Shown: one piece after another, positions 1 to 9,662 of the stretch
How the letters are laid out: each line of letters begins with the position of its first letter
Numbering within the stretch: position 1 is the first letter of the stretch
Virus record (IMG/VR): IMGVR_UViG_3300027833_000058
Location: 1 to 58,612 of that record
From: a virus
Taxonomy: Duplodnaviria > Caudoviricetes
DNA: 58,612 nt
Reading direction: 5' to 3' (one strand)
Notes under the pieces: model-generated
The model's input: only the letters and a program-made list of their open reading frames with translations
Databases searched by the model: none
What the model was told of the DNA's origin: nothing
Program-made: the position numbers and the translations under genes

Positions 1-78
1 CTGAGTGGTGTCATAGTACCATGCACCAGCACCACCCAGAGCTAAAAGAATCATTCCTACATATACGAAAGAAGGCAT
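1..78 (-). CDS. Partial CDS running off the window; N-terminal membrane anchor, possibly an i-spanin
   Basis: Manual translation MPSFVYVGMILLALGGAGAWYYDTTQ; lies near the endolysin. Confidence 0.45.
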   Translation of the reverse strand, partial: MPSFVYVGMILLALGGAGAWYYDTTQ

Positions 79-97
79 AAGATTACTAGACTAAGAC

Positions 98-343
98 TTA
101 CTCGTCTTCGTCATCATCCTCGTCTTCGTCATCAGCTTTTTTCTTCTTTGCTTTTGGCGATTCGTCTTCGTCATCTTCTTCATCTTCGTCTTCATCTTCG
201 TCAGCTTCTTTTGCTTCCATCATTTCGATGTACTTTTCTTCAAGCTTAAGTTGAATACGAGTTTGAATTTCTTCTCCGAACGCTTCTTTCATTTCAAGCG
301 GACGACCTGCCATTGCTTCTGCAACTATTTTTTCTAAAGACAT
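98..343 (-). CDS. Prohead core protein, T4 gp67-like
   Basis: 81 aa, helical N-terminus followed by a long D/E tail as in gp67; late promoter upstream. Confidence 0.7.
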   Translation of the reverse strand: MSLEKIVAEAMAGRPLEMKEAFGEEIQTRIQLKLEEKYIEMMEAKEADEDEDEDEEDDEDESPKAKKKKADDEDEDDDEDE

Positions 344-377
344 GTTAATCTCCTTTATGTTATTTGATATTGTATTC

Positions 378-385
378 TATTTATA
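378..385 (-). promoter_or_regulatory. T4-type late promoter TATAAATA
   Basis: Exact motif upstream of the gp67-like gene; gp55 and gp33 are encoded in the window. Confidence 0.75.
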
Positions 386-386
386 A

Positions 387-1235
387 TTATCCGTACATCT
401 TAGCTTGAGTTGCAGCACCAACAATACCGTCTGCTACTAAGCCATTAAGTTTTTGCCACTTTTTAACAGATGTTTGTGTACCAAAACCAAAGTCACCATC
501 TGCTGATATGCCGAGAGCTTTTTGCATTTTTGCTACATCGTCACCCTTCATACCTTTACGGAGTGTTCTTGAACCGCTTGATTTAGTTGGTGCTTTTGGA
601 ATATCCTTACCACCAAGAATAGCTTTAGCAGCTTTGTAACGTTTATTGCGATCTTCTAATCCAATAGTACCACCATTAATTTTCTTAGTTAGTCCTAAGT
701 TATCGTCTGCATCTGCAAAACGTTCTAATTTGTTTGTTGCCCAAAACCAGCAAGCTGATTCAATCGCGCCCTTAGGAGTAGCTACGTATTCTGCTGCTTC
801 TTCTGCTGACATTCCGACTGACTTTCCAAATGCTGTATAATTATTCCGGCCTGTAAGTTGCTTAATGCCACGACCCCTAAATCTCCACCCATCACCGGCA
901 TCGGTATTACCGAGTGCGCCTCGTTTAGAGCGGAATTCATCTTGGTAGACGTAGTTTGCAATCTCTTTAGGATTGCGCGCATAATCTTTCGCATTTCTTT
1001 TTCCTTTTCCAAAATAACGACCAAACACTGAGTTAAGTGCTTTTTCGCTATAGTTTAAATTCTCTTCAAGACGCGTAAAGTCAGCTGATTCGTGAGCACA
1101 TTGTGCCATAAATCCTGCAATGCGGTTAGGTGTATTAATTTCATATTCTTCAAATAATACTACTGCTGCATCAAACCATGCTTGTGTATCTTTATTACGT
1201 GGAATCATCGCGCCGAATTGTTCTAAAGTAATCAT
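387..1235 (-). CDS. Endolysin: glycoside hydrolase family 19 with C-terminal peptidoglycan-binding domain
   Basis: AQCAHES, ENLNYS, FRGRGIKQLTGRNNY, KINGG motifs; C-terminal LRKG..GDDV..MQ...ADGDFG...ADGIVG. Confidence 0.92.
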   Translation of the reverse strand: MITLEQFGAMIPRNKDTQAWFDAAVVLFEEYEINTPNRIAGFMAQCAHESADFTRLEENLNYSEKALNSVFGRYFGKGKRNAKDYARNPKEIANYVYQDEFRSKRGALGNTDAGDGWRFRGRGIKQLTGRNNYTAFGKSVGMSAEEAAEYVATPKGAIESACWFWATNKLERFADADDNLGLTKKINGGTIGLEDRNKRYKAAKAILGGKDIPKAPTKSSGSRTLRKGMKGDDVAKMQKALGISADGDFGFGTQTSVKKWQKLNGLVADGIVGAATQAKMYG

Positions 1236-1963
1236 TTTGTAGGTACTCCTATTACATCTCTTAATCTTTTCTTCTTGTCAGATTTATTTCCTGACGTCCA
1301 CTTCTTCTGTGCTGCTTTAGACATATGACCTGCGTCCATACCAGCAATACCGCCAGCACCAACAGAGTTAGCAGCCGGCTCTTCTTCTAGACTAGGTTTA
1401 GTATTAATCTTTTTTCTGAAAGACGATAAATCTTTTTTAGCAGTGTTTGCTCTTTTCTTGGCAGCATCGGCATCTTTTACGTTTTGAGAGTGAACTTTAT
1501 CTACGTCGTGCCCTTGCTTTGCAAGATTTTGTTTTAGTCTTGCTCTGCCAAAAGCTTCTTTAATTTCTTCATTTAAAGCCTTGACATCTGCGTTTTCTTT
1601 GATATAATTGACATATCGGTCATTAAATAATAATAAGCTTTCTTCAAGTTGTTCATCAGTTAAATCTTCATTAAGTATTGATTCATCACTGAATGCATTA
1701 TACTCTTTAATTAGGAATAGAGCAGCAGCATAACTGGCTAGTTTAGAACCACCACCAGGAACCTTTGCTAACAACTTCTTAATATTAGTAACCATAACAT
1801 CAAAGACACCAAATGCTTTCTTTTGAGTAGCATCTCTGTCTTTTTTCTTAATTAGTACATTACCTTTATCATCAATAATACCTTGCTTAAATGCATCCCA
1901 CTTATTAAATGGGGTAGCTAATCTGCGTATAAACTGATAGACTAAAAATAGATCGACGATCAT
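1232..1963 (-). CDS. Conserved T4-like phage protein, probably virion-associated
   Basis: N-terminal YQFIRRLATPFNKWDAFKQGIIDDKGN motif typical of marine T4-like phages. Confidence 0.6.
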   Translation of the reverse strand: MIVDLFLVYQFIRRLATPFNKWDAFKQGIIDDKGNVLIKKKDRDATQKKAFGVFDVMVTNIKKLLAKVPGGGSKLASYAAALFLIKEYNAFSDESILNEDLTDEQLEESLLLFNDRYVNYIKENADVKALNEEIKEAFGRARLKQNLAKQGHDVDKVHSQNVKDADAAKKRANTAKKDLSSFRKKINTKPSLEEEPAANSVGAGGIAGMDAGHMSKAAQKKWTSGNKSDKKKRLRDVIGVPTK

Positions 1964-1967
1964 TGCG

Positions 1968-2342
1968 TCATATTCCTTCGAGTAATTCTTTTATAATGCC
2001 GTCTGAATCAATATTATCTATGCTCAATGCAACATCATCGTATTGGATGATAAGAGGCATGTAGTTCAAATATTCCACAAAAGGCTTTAAACAATCATGA
2101 AACTCGTGAAGCTTCATAAAGAGCATGTTAGTTGCTTCCGGACCAAATACGTTGTAGATAATGATAAGATGATTCAAAATCAACCTTTCCTTTAAGTCTC
2201 CATCCTGTCGGTACCTACCAAATAATTTGCGCAGGTACTGGAATCGCTTTAAGTCCTCTTGAAACTCAGATATATCAGAGCATTGAGGATTATCATAATG
2301 TTTTGATGCAAACAACAGAAAGGTTGATTCTGTTAATATCAT
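1968..2342 (-). CDS. Conserved hypothetical protein of marine T4-like phages
   Basis: HYDNPQC...EDLKRF...ERLILNHLII.YNVFG motif. Confidence 0.7.
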   Translation of the reverse strand: MILTESTFLLFASKHYDNPQCSDISEFQEDLKRFQYLRKLFGRYRQDGDLKERLILNHLIIIYNVFGPEATNMLFMKLHEFHDCLKPFVEYLNYMPLIIQYDDVALSIDNIDSDGIIKELLEGI

Positions 2343-2362
2343 ATTATATATCTTCTTTTAAT

Positions 2363-2665
2363 TTATGCGTCAGCTACAATAGCGTCTTCAACTGCAGTAT
2401 CACCAGTAACACCCAAGTCGCCAGCAGCAACTGCGGTTACTTTCATTGGTACTAAACATTCAGCGTGGTGTCTTCCACCTGCTGTATGATATAACCACCA
2501 ACCTGGACCAGTAAGACCCTTAGCGCGGTTAGCAGGAATGCCAGCCTCTGTAAGGTCGACGAAGATTGCATTGTCGCGATCGTTTGATTTGTTTGTGTTA
2601 GTCGCAGCATCTTCTAACCAAGTTGGTACTGAAGCTAGTGCGTCTGTTTTTCCCCATAGTGCCAT
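2363..2665 (-). CDS. Putative virion structural protein
   Basis: MALWG start, PGWW.Y motif, GGAGA RBS, late promoter at 2699-2706. Confidence 0.6.
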   Translation of the reverse strand: MALWGKTDALASVPTWLEDAATNTNKSNDRDNAIFVDLTEAGIPANRAKGLTGPGWWLYHTAGGRHHAECLVPMKVTAVAAGDLGVTGDTAVEDAIVADA

Positions 2666-2698
2666 TGTTGTTCTCCTAATTAACGGGTTTATTAAATC

Positions 2699-2706
2699 TA
2701 TTTATA
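2699..2706 (-). promoter_or_regulatory. Late promoter TATAAATA
   Basis: Exact motif. Confidence 0.75.
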
Positions 2707-2711
2707 AGCTT

Positions 2712-4598
2712 TTATGCGGTTCCATTTGCCTTAGCATCGGTTCCATTTTTAGCGTCTCGTTGTTTCTTTTTGAGATCTGTAACACGCTGTTTGGCAGCTG
2801 TGATTCTTTCTCTATCTGCTGCTTTCTTTTCTGCAGCATCTGCTTTCTTTTCTGCAGCATCTGCTCTGCCTGAAGCTGAAACTCTATTAGCACCAGCTTT
2901 AGCAGCCTTTGCCGTTCCACCAACCGCTTTACCAGCAAGTCTAGCAGTACCTACAACAGCTTTAGCACCAAGTTTAAATGCTCCACCTATTGCTTTACCG
3001 ATGATCTCGTTAAGCTCTTCTTCAGTCATATCTTCGAGTTGATCTAAAGTAATATTGTTTTCATTAATATATAATGCAGTAATATCATCAATAGCAGCCT
3101 CATCTAATGACTCTTTAAAAGATTCATAGTTAGCTTGTAAGTTTTTATCATTTGCATTCTTCTTTAAGCCAGCAACATTAAGAAGTTTTTTCTTATCAGA
3201 ACCAGAAACTTTCTTCTTACTTGCATTTACACTACCACAACTGCCTTCATCTACAGTTGATTCGTTTTTAGAAACATGCTTACTTTGTATTGATCTTGGG
3301 TCAGATGCTTTATGCATATCACCAGCAGCAATAGCAGCGGCGTGGCCTTTTTTCAAAGCTTCACCAGTATTACGTGCTTTCACAGTATAACTTTTAGTTG
3401 ACTTTGTAGGATGCTGAATTTTCCAATCTGAAAATGCTTCTTCTACAGATTCTGAAGCGTCTTTAAAGTCTTGATCTGTAGGAGCACCTTTAGATCCTGG
3501 CTTCTTCATCTTTTCACCAGAACCATTTTTGATACGCTTACGTTTAGCGTGAATGTTAGCCCAAAGACCACCTTCTTCTAAATTTGTAAGATAATCATTT
3601 AATACAACACTGACTTCTTCTTTAACTTGCGACTCATGCATATGCTTTTTGTTCTTTTTTCTATAATCGCTTACTGCTTTGTTAGCGGCATGTTCGTTAC
3701 CGCCTCTACCTTTAAAGTAATGATCATGATAAGCTTGAGCTTCGCCAGCGGCATGCTCGGGCTTCTTATAAGATTTACCACCAAGATAAGAAGTCTTTCC
3801 TTCTTTATTCTTTAATTGTGCTCGGTGTCCGCCAAACTGAGATTTTTCAGAACCAGCTGTATAATCTTCTTTAACTGTTAAACTTTCAGCTCTATTTTTA
3901 TAAGGAGCTGGTTTGCCCGTCATAGAATTTGCTTTTGGATTTTTTCTTACAAGACCTTTTGGATCTTTTAAGTGAATATCAGAATCAGTTGTACGCTTAA
4001 TTTCTGAGCCAATACCTTTATGACGCTTATCAAATCTCTTTTGATGCTTGTCTTGAGCTGCCTTGGTTGCTGATCCATAATCTCCACCACCAGGCATTCT
4101 TTTATTAGCTGATTGCTTGTATTGCTTCGTAGCTTTTTTCTTATAGCTTTTTAAAGTAGCAGGAGATAACTCATCAAGTTGGTCTACAGCTTCATTCTTT
4201 GCAGCAGGATCGCCTTTAGTTACTGTGTGAGGTTTACCGTCAATGTGTACAATAGCATTACCATTTCGGTCTACATTACCATTGTAGGTACCACTTTTGA
4301 CCGCTTTACGAGCAGCCATAACCTTTGGATGTTTAGGATCAAATGTTTCATCTAAATCTAGATCTGCTTCTTCTTTAACTGAATTGCAGTTACAATGGTC
4401 GCAATCTGCGGGGCAAGGACAATCTTCTGCTTTCACATCAGAACCACAACATTCGTCTGAGCAATAAGCGTCGTTTGCTTCATTCTTTTCCCAAGGAGCT
4501 TTCTTCAATGTTACTGGCTTCTTAGGCTTTTGGGCGTCTGAAGCAAGAGCACGCTCGAGTGACTTATCTTCTGAGGTGTATTTCTTAAAACGTTTCAT
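2712..4598 (-). CDS. Internal head protein-like modular polyprotein
   Basis: MKRFKKYTSE N-terminus; basic modules separated by LDE/VKE/VEE-type sites resembling gp21 protease sites; Cys cluster. Confidence 0.6.
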   Translation of the reverse strand: MKRFKKYTSEDKSLERALASDAQKPKKPVTLKKAPWEKNEANDAYCSDECCGSDVKAEDCPCPADCDHCNCNSVKEEADLDLDETFDPKHPKVMAARKAVKSGTYNGNVDRNGNAIVHIDGKPHTVTKGDPAAKNEAVDQLDELSPATLKSYKKKATKQYKQSANKRMPGGGDYGSATKAAQDKHQKRFDKRHKGIGSEIKRTTDSDIHLKDPKGLVRKNPKANSMTGKPAPYKNRAESLTVKEDYTAGSEKSQFGGHRAQLKNKEGKTSYLGGKSYKKPEHAAGEAQAYHDHYFKGRGGNEHAANKAVSDYRKKNKKHMHESQVKEEVSVVLNDYLTNLEEGGLWANIHAKRKRIKNGSGEKMKKPGSKGAPTDQDFKDASESVEEAFSDWKIQHPTKSTKSYTVKARNTGEALKKGHAAAIAAGDMHKASDPRSIQSKHVSKNESTVDEGSCGSVNASKKKVSGSDKKKLLNVAGLKKNANDKNLQANYESFKESLDEAAIDDITALYINENNITLDQLEDMTEEELNEIIGKAIGGAFKLGAKAVVGTARLAGKAVGGTAKAAKAGANRVSASGRADAAEKKADAAEKKAADRERITAAKQRVTDLKKKQRDAKNGTDAKANGTA

Positions 4599-4655
4599 GT
4601 TAGACCTTTTAATTTATTGATGATTTACTAATATTTATTAAAAAAAGTGTTTACC

Positions 4656-5192
4656 TTACCACTTTTCTTTATCAGCCCAATATGCTGCTGACATTTTACC
4701 CTTGGCAATATTCTTGCCGTGACGTGCTTTAAATGACTTACGTTTAGCTTTCATTTTATCAGACTCACCTTTTTTAGGATCACCTGCAGTAGAAGCACCT
4801 TGCTCGCCAAAGCGAATAGTTTTAATCTTATCACCGTCTTTAGCAACAACGATGTGTGACTTAGTAGAGTGAGAAGGAGTACGTTTAGCTTTGTTAAAAC
4901 CTGAAACACCAGCGTTTGCTAAACGAGAATCTTTTTCTTCTTTTACATCATCGCCTTCTGACTTTAAATAATCTCTTGCAGTATCTAAGTAATCAGCAGC
5001 TTTAGTAATCTTTGATTGTACCCACTCAGGTAGGTTGTCATTATCGCCAATCATAGACATCATTTCTTTTGCTGCGTCACATGCAGTTTGAAGTTGACCT
5101 TTAGACATTCCAGCTTCGTCATTATATTCGGCGGAATCTTTATCTTCTACAACCGGTTCAGACTTCATTCTTAATTCTTTGTAACTTATCAT
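4656..5192 (-). CDS. Putative internal head protein (DUF6321-like C-terminus)
   Basis: LPEWVQSKIT.AADY and GFNKAKRTPSH..KSH.VVAK.GDK...IRFG..G...FKARH motifs. Confidence 0.55.
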   Translation of the reverse strand: MISYKELRMKSEPVVEDKDSAEYNDEAGMSKGQLQTACDAAKEMMSMIGDNDNLPEWVQSKITKAADYLDTARDYLKSEGDDVKEEKDSRLANAGVSGFNKAKRTPSHSTKSHIVVAKDGDKIKTIRFGEQGASTAGDPKKGESDKMKAKRKSFKARHGKNIAKGKMSAAYWADKEKW

Positions 5193-5193
5193 T

Positions 5194-5763
5194 TTAGTAT
5201 TCCTTGATCTTTTTTTCGATTGCAGTCATGATCTTATTGTGAGTTTTACTTAAGTATCTATCTTTTCTAAGGCGAGCTAATGCGACTCTTGTTTGATCAG
5301 CATATCTTTTCTGAAATTCAGGAGGTCTTGTATCAATATCTTGTACGTTGGCAAGACGATCTGCAAGCTTAACTACTAATGCCCAGCTAGACATCTTAGC
5401 CATTTTACCAGCAATATATTCACCTTTACCGACGGCGTCTGATGCTGCTTTATCTGTAGTTAATTGCTGAACCATATCTGCTACTAACGCACCAAATTGT
5501 TTAACTAAATCGGAGTATGTGGTATCAGTATCTTCTAGTGTATCATGCAAATAAGCTGCTTGGATCATAGCAGTAAGGTTATTTGATTTTTTGAATTTAG
5601 CAACAAACCTAGCAACTTCTTTAGGATGTTCAATGTACTGCCCACCACTTTTTCTAGATTGGCCAGAATGCGCTGCCGTTGCAACTCTTAGTGCTTTGAG
5701 TGCACTTTCATTCATAGATTGATCGTTAACGCCTTCACTAATGAAAGTCTTAAAATTAAGCAT
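5194..5763 (-). CDS. HD-domain small alarmone ((p)ppGpp) hydrolase-like protein, SpoT/Mesh1 type
   Basis: HSGQ.RKSG..YI.HP..VA, LHDTLEDT, VKLADRL.N. Confidence 0.85.
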   Translation of the reverse strand: MLNFKTFISEGVNDQSMNESALKALRVATAAHSGQSRKSGGQYIEHPKEVARFVAKFKKSNNLTAMIQAAYLHDTLEDTDTTYSDLVKQFGALVADMVQQLTTDKAASDAVGKGEYIAGKMAKMSSWALVVKLADRLANVQDIDTRPPEFQKRYADQTRVALARLRKDRYLSKTHNKIMTAIEKKIKEY

Positions 5764-7339
5764 TTGGAGTATCTTTTTTAAACTTATTAACTAACTCATC
5801 AGTGCCTTCTTCGCCAGCACCAGATTCTTTTTTCATAGCAATTAATTCAGAAGGTTTATGATTCATTGTCTTTTTACCAACACCAACCTTAACACTATCT
5901 TTAGTAACACTCAGAACTGTACCAATTCCGCCGTGCTTCATTTTAACTTTAGATCCTTCAGGAAACTGAGATGCCATTTGCGCAATTTGCTTGCGTAGAT
6001 TCTCATCTAGGTTCTCTTCTTTTTTAGCATTAAGCTTATCTCTTAAAGCTGCAATATCTTTTTTGATTGAATCTTTTTGTGGTTTAAAATGTTTGCTTAA
6101 AGGATTATCTTTCTTTACATCATTTGCTTCTTCAGTTGATTCTATTAAATCAAATATTTCTTGACTAACATCTTCAGTAACATGCTTTTTCTTAAACATT
6201 TTGAAACGTGCATCTAATTTTGGTTTATTATTTTTATCTAATAACATGTGTGGTTTTTTTAAAACTCTTTGATCTTTAATAGATGCTTCGTTAATATCTT
6301 CTTTCTTAACTACTGATGAAGAAGATCCACCGCTCATCATTGACTTACGACGCTCACGTTCTTTTTGTTTAACTACGGGTAATAATTTACGAGCAATTTG
6401 TTCTATACGCTTCTTATTAAGTTTAGAGATACGCTTATCAATTACTTCTTTTTCACCAGCCGATAGGTCAGCATAACGTCTGCTCTTTGAAAACTTTTTC
6501 TTAAATATATTAATAGCAGCTTTACGTGCTCTTCCTTTTAATACTTCTTGAGAAGCTGTTCTTTTCTTAGCTTTTTCTCTGCCACGTTTAATCTTAAAAC
6601 GGGCTTTCCTCATAGCAAGACCACGTTTACGTCTTTGCATACGGTTTAAAACTTCTGATATATCATTTGTTTCTTCTGTCATATTCATACCTTTACGTAC
6701 TGCTGTCATAATAGCTTTAGCAGATGATCTTAGCTTTTTAGGTAAACCTTTTGTAAACTGTAGAATATCGTTTTCAACGGCTAATGCTCTCATTTTAGAA
6801 GCAGACATTCCATCTACATTATCTGAGTCTGGATCTCTAGCACCAGCAGAAACTACTGCAATCGAATCAAAAGAATAATCTTTACCATTGTAATCATTTA
6901 ATAATTGTTTGAATTGATTAACTCTATCTGATCCAACAACCATTATAAGATTATCAAATTTCTCAACAGCTTGTAATACCTTAACGATAGTATTTGCCGG
7001 AGACTTTTGAACGATAGGACCAAATGCTTTTTGCGCAAACTTTACCTTATCGTTATACTGTAACGGGTTTTTCTTTTTGTCATTAGAATGAGTTAAGAAT
7101 ACCATAGGAGTTGCTTTATATTTTTTAGCAACCGTTATCATTCTTTGTACTAACAACTCGTGGCCAGCAGTAATAGGATTCATTCTTGCAAATGTAATTA
7201 CTACAGTACTACCTGCAGCTTCCTTTATTCCACGTCCACGATCATGATCGTCAAGCTCAGGTTCTATGTTGATAAATTTACTTCCATCAAACTCTTTAAA
7301 ACCTTTTACTTTTTTCTTTTTATCTTCTGGCTGGGCCAT
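5756..7339 (-). CDS. Cytidylyltransferase-like (HIGH superfamily) nucleotidyltransferase with basic C-terminal extension
   Basis: FARMNPITAGH, KNPL, VVGSDR, SAGARDPD, MSASKMR. Confidence 0.8.
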   Translation of the reverse strand: MAQPEDKKKKVKGFKEFDGSKFINIEPELDDHDRGRGIKEAAGSTVVITFARMNPITAGHELLVQRMITVAKKYKATPMVFLTHSNDKKKNPLQYNDKVKFAQKAFGPIVQKSPANTIVKVLQAVEKFDNLIMVVGSDRVNQFKQLLNDYNGKDYSFDSIAVVSAGARDPDSDNVDGMSASKMRALAVENDILQFTKGLPKKLRSSAKAIMTAVRKGMNMTEETNDISEVLNRMQRRKRGLAMRKARFKIKRGREKAKKRTASQEVLKGRARKAAINIFKKKFSKSRRYADLSAGEKEVIDKRISKLNKKRIEQIARKLLPVVKQKERERRKSMMSGGSSSSVVKKEDINEASIKDQRVLKKPHMLLDKNNKPKLDARFKMFKKKHVTEDVSQEIFDLIESTEEANDVKKDNPLSKHFKPQKDSIKKDIAALRDKLNAKKEENLDENLRKQIAQMASQFPEGSKVKMKHGGIGTVLSVTKDSVKVGVGKKTMNHKPSELIAMKKESGAGEEGTDELVNKFKKDTPNA

Positions 7340-7376
7340 AGTTAAATCCTAAGATGTAATTTGAGTCAATATTGCT

Positions 7377-8060
7377 TTATTTATAAAATCTTTGAAAAGA
7401 AGGTATAAAATTATAATTTCTGGCTGCTGAATCTGTCCAAATAGTTGATTTTCTTAACCATCCCATTGCTGGTGTAGGAGATGCTATTGATAATGGAACA
7501 ACTGTTCTTCTTTGATTTAATATGAAGTAATCGTTATCAACGGCGCTTCTTACACCCTTTTCAAGTAATTCATCTATTAATATTTGTGCAGTTTTTTTAG
7601 TCATAGCATAAGCATGTGCACCTTCGTGACCTGCTATTTTAATAAGTTCTGTTGGTGGTCCTGCAGATGTTGAATCATATCTGCTAGGATCTTGCAACTT
7701 GTATCCAAGTGTTACAATTTCATTGTCTGGTATATTTATTGTTATTGGGTGTAGCATTATAGCATCGTGCTCAAGTATCACTCCAACCTCATCTGGCCCA
7801 TCTGCGATGGCTTTCCAGATAGCAAAGTGTCCTGCAGTACAGCACATCGCTTTATCAGCAGGACTAGGAGATTCAATGTATTGATATTCTTCAACAACGC
7901 TGGTTCTAAGTCCAATTTTCCTAAATGCCATTCTACCAGACATGTTCTGAAAACCATTAACTACTACATATTCTAAATTTACTTTACGGCAAGACTCAGC
8001 ACATATGCTAGCATACTCGTTTGATACAGGAGTATCTATTTTTAAAATGTAAGCTTTCAT
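7377..8060 (-). CDS. Glycosyltransferase family 25-like
   Basis: C..GH..IW, ILEHDA, GAHAY motifs. Confidence 0.75.
   Translation of the reverse strand: MKAYILKIDTPVSNEYASICAESCRKVNLEYVVVNGFQNMSGRMAFRKIGLRTSVVEEYQYIESPSPADKAMCCTAGHFAIWKAIADGPDEVGVILEHDAIMLHPITINIPDNEIVTLGYKLQDPSRYDSTSAGPPTELIKIAGHEGAHAYAMTKKTAQILIDELLEKGVRSAVDNDYFILNQRRTVVPLSIASPTPAMGWLRKSTIWTDSAARNYNFIPSFQRFYK
7378..7385 (-). promoter_or_regulatory. Late promoter TATAAATA
   Basis: Exact motif upstream of the nucleotidyltransferase/HD operon. Confidence 0.7.
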
Positions 8061-8714
8061 TTAAGTGCCTTCGCTATAGCCTTTAATCTGCAAGCCTGCA
8101 CCAGTTGAGCCGAAATATTGTTCAGCATATACTTTTCCTGGACCGTCATATCTAGTATTAGATCCGTACCATTGTGGTATTAGAGTATACGAAGGCCAAA
8201 TAGTAACTGAGTTACCAATATAAGGAAGCAAGAATTTAGATAAGAAAAAGTTACCAGTTGAAATATAAGGGTGATCACTTAACTGGTTTGGTCTTAATCT
8301 ACTTAGGTGATCAATAATAGCACCTGTTACTACATTACCTGCATTAGCAGCAAGAATAGGAGAACAATATCCTGGCTTTGCTTTTTCACTTTCATAGACT
8401 GTATATGCATGATTAGCAGGACTACTAAATAATTCATCACATCTTTCTAAACATACTGAGTCTGCGGCTGGCCAAAACCCGCCTTGTTCGTGTATCAATT
8501 CATAACGAATTAAATCGTGTGCACCTGCGTACTTTTGTCTTCTGTAATATTCTTCAATTAAAGCTTGATTTTTCCATTTACGAGCCCATAACATTTCATC
8601 AGTGAATACACTATATTCCCAATCCGGATGTTTGTCTCGCCAAGTATTCATCCACTTCAATGGCGCTGGTTTAGGGCCAATCCATATGTGGGTCATTTTC
8701 TTTTCAATATTCAT
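8061..8714 (-). CDS. Glycosyltransferase, GT32/OCH1-like
   Basis: HIWIG, HPDWEY, DLIRYELI..GG; the DxD position reads AAD; TG motif. Confidence 0.75.
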   Translation of the reverse strand: MNIEKKMTHIWIGPKPAPLKWMNTWRDKHPDWEYSVFTDEMLWARKWKNQALIEEYYRRQKYAGAHDLIRYELIHEQGGFWPAADSVCLERCDELFSSPANHAYTVYESEKAKPGYCSPILAANAGNVVTGAIIDHLSRLRPNQLSDHPYISTGNFFLSKFLLPYIGNSVTIWPSYTLIPQWYGSNTRYDGPGKVYAEQYFGSTGAGLQIKGYSEGT

Positions 8715-8760
8715 TATATACCTCTTAATACAAAAAAAGGTAGACTTTCGCCTACCTCTT

Positions 8761-8768
8761 TATTTATA
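8761..8768 (-). promoter_or_regulatory. Late promoter TATAAATA
   Basis: Exact motif. Confidence 0.65.
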
Positions 8769-8841
8769 TTATTTTAGTGAAACTACTTACCGCCTTTTTT
8801 CTTCTCACCTTTAGGCTTTACATAAGTGTGGTCTGGATCTA

Positions 8842-9282
8842 TCATAGGTCAGCCAGTACGATTAACGCTTTAAGCTTTTTCTTTGATTTACCTTTTACTT
8901 TAACATCTTTTAAACGATCCTTGGCTTCACCATCTGGTTTACCTACAACAACAATTGCAATCATGCCCATAGACTTATGCGGTGAACATTGATATAGATA
9001 CACACCTGGTACATCAAATGTAATTGCAACTTCTTTGTTTAGCTTTGATTTCTTTGGTGCTTTCCAACCGTCTGGGCCAGAGATAAACTCTACGTTATGG
9101 CCTTTTGATGTTGGTACCCAAGTAATAGTCTCGCCTACTTCGATACGTGTAATGTCTTCTGAGTAAACCATTTTGGCTCCATCATCACGTTTGTTTAACA
9201 TTTCAACTGTTACGTCGGCGTGTGCTGCAGTCACGGTAAATACTGCTGCGAAAATTGCTAGATAAAAGTATAAAGTGTTCAT
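8842..9282 (-). CDS. Pseudoazurin (blue copper protein) with signal peptide
   Basis: Signal peptide ending AHA; VEMLN; GHNVEF; Y.C.PH..MGM copper ligands. Confidence 0.9.
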   Translation of the reverse strand: MNTLYFYLAIFAAVFTVTAAHADVTVEMLNKRDDGAKMVYSEDITRIEVGETITWVPTSKGHNVEFISGPDGWKAPKKSKLNKEVAITFDVPGVYLYQCSPHKSMGMIAIVVVGKPDGEAKDRLKDVKVKGKSKKKLKALIVLADL

Positions 9283-9290
9283 TGTATATC

Positions 9291-9425
9291 CTAACTTGTT
9301 TTGTACATGTTGTGTTTGAATTCTGAGATTTCATTGGCTTTATCATTCATGCCCATATCTCTTAACTGTTTAATACTCATACAGTAACTACGATATTCCA
9401 TTAGTTTTAAAAATCTTGTAAACAT
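9291..9425 (-). CDS. Small hypothetical protein (44 aa)
   Basis: Manual translation MFTRFLKLMEYRSYCMSIKQLRDMG...; GAGG RBS; fills the operon gap. Confidence 0.6.
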   Translation of the reverse strand: MFTRFLKLMEYRSYCMSIKQLRDMGMNDKANEISEFKHNMYKTS

Positions 9426-9440
9426 TGCGTTTCCTCTTTC

Positions 9441-9662
9441 TTACATCTTTTTACAGTCAAAGACTGATTTTTCTAATTGTACTGGTACACCGCCTTTTGC
9501 GATACATACCTCTTTCCAGTTTGGCTCATTAAACTTTTGAATTACTGCATAGAACCCGAATGCTGTACATATTAATAATAATGAAGTCATTACCACAAAC
9601 ATATAGAAGCCTAACTTCTGTACGACTTGGGCTGATATTTCAATATGTTGATCGCCTACCAT
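9441..9662 (-). CDS. Small membrane protein
   Basis: One TM helix followed by C..KGG...C; translationally coupled to atpE. Confidence 0.6.
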   Translation of the reverse strand: MVGDQHIEISAQVVQKLGFYMFVVMTSLLLICTAFGFYAVIQKFNEPNWKEVCIAKGGVPVQLEKSVFDCKKM

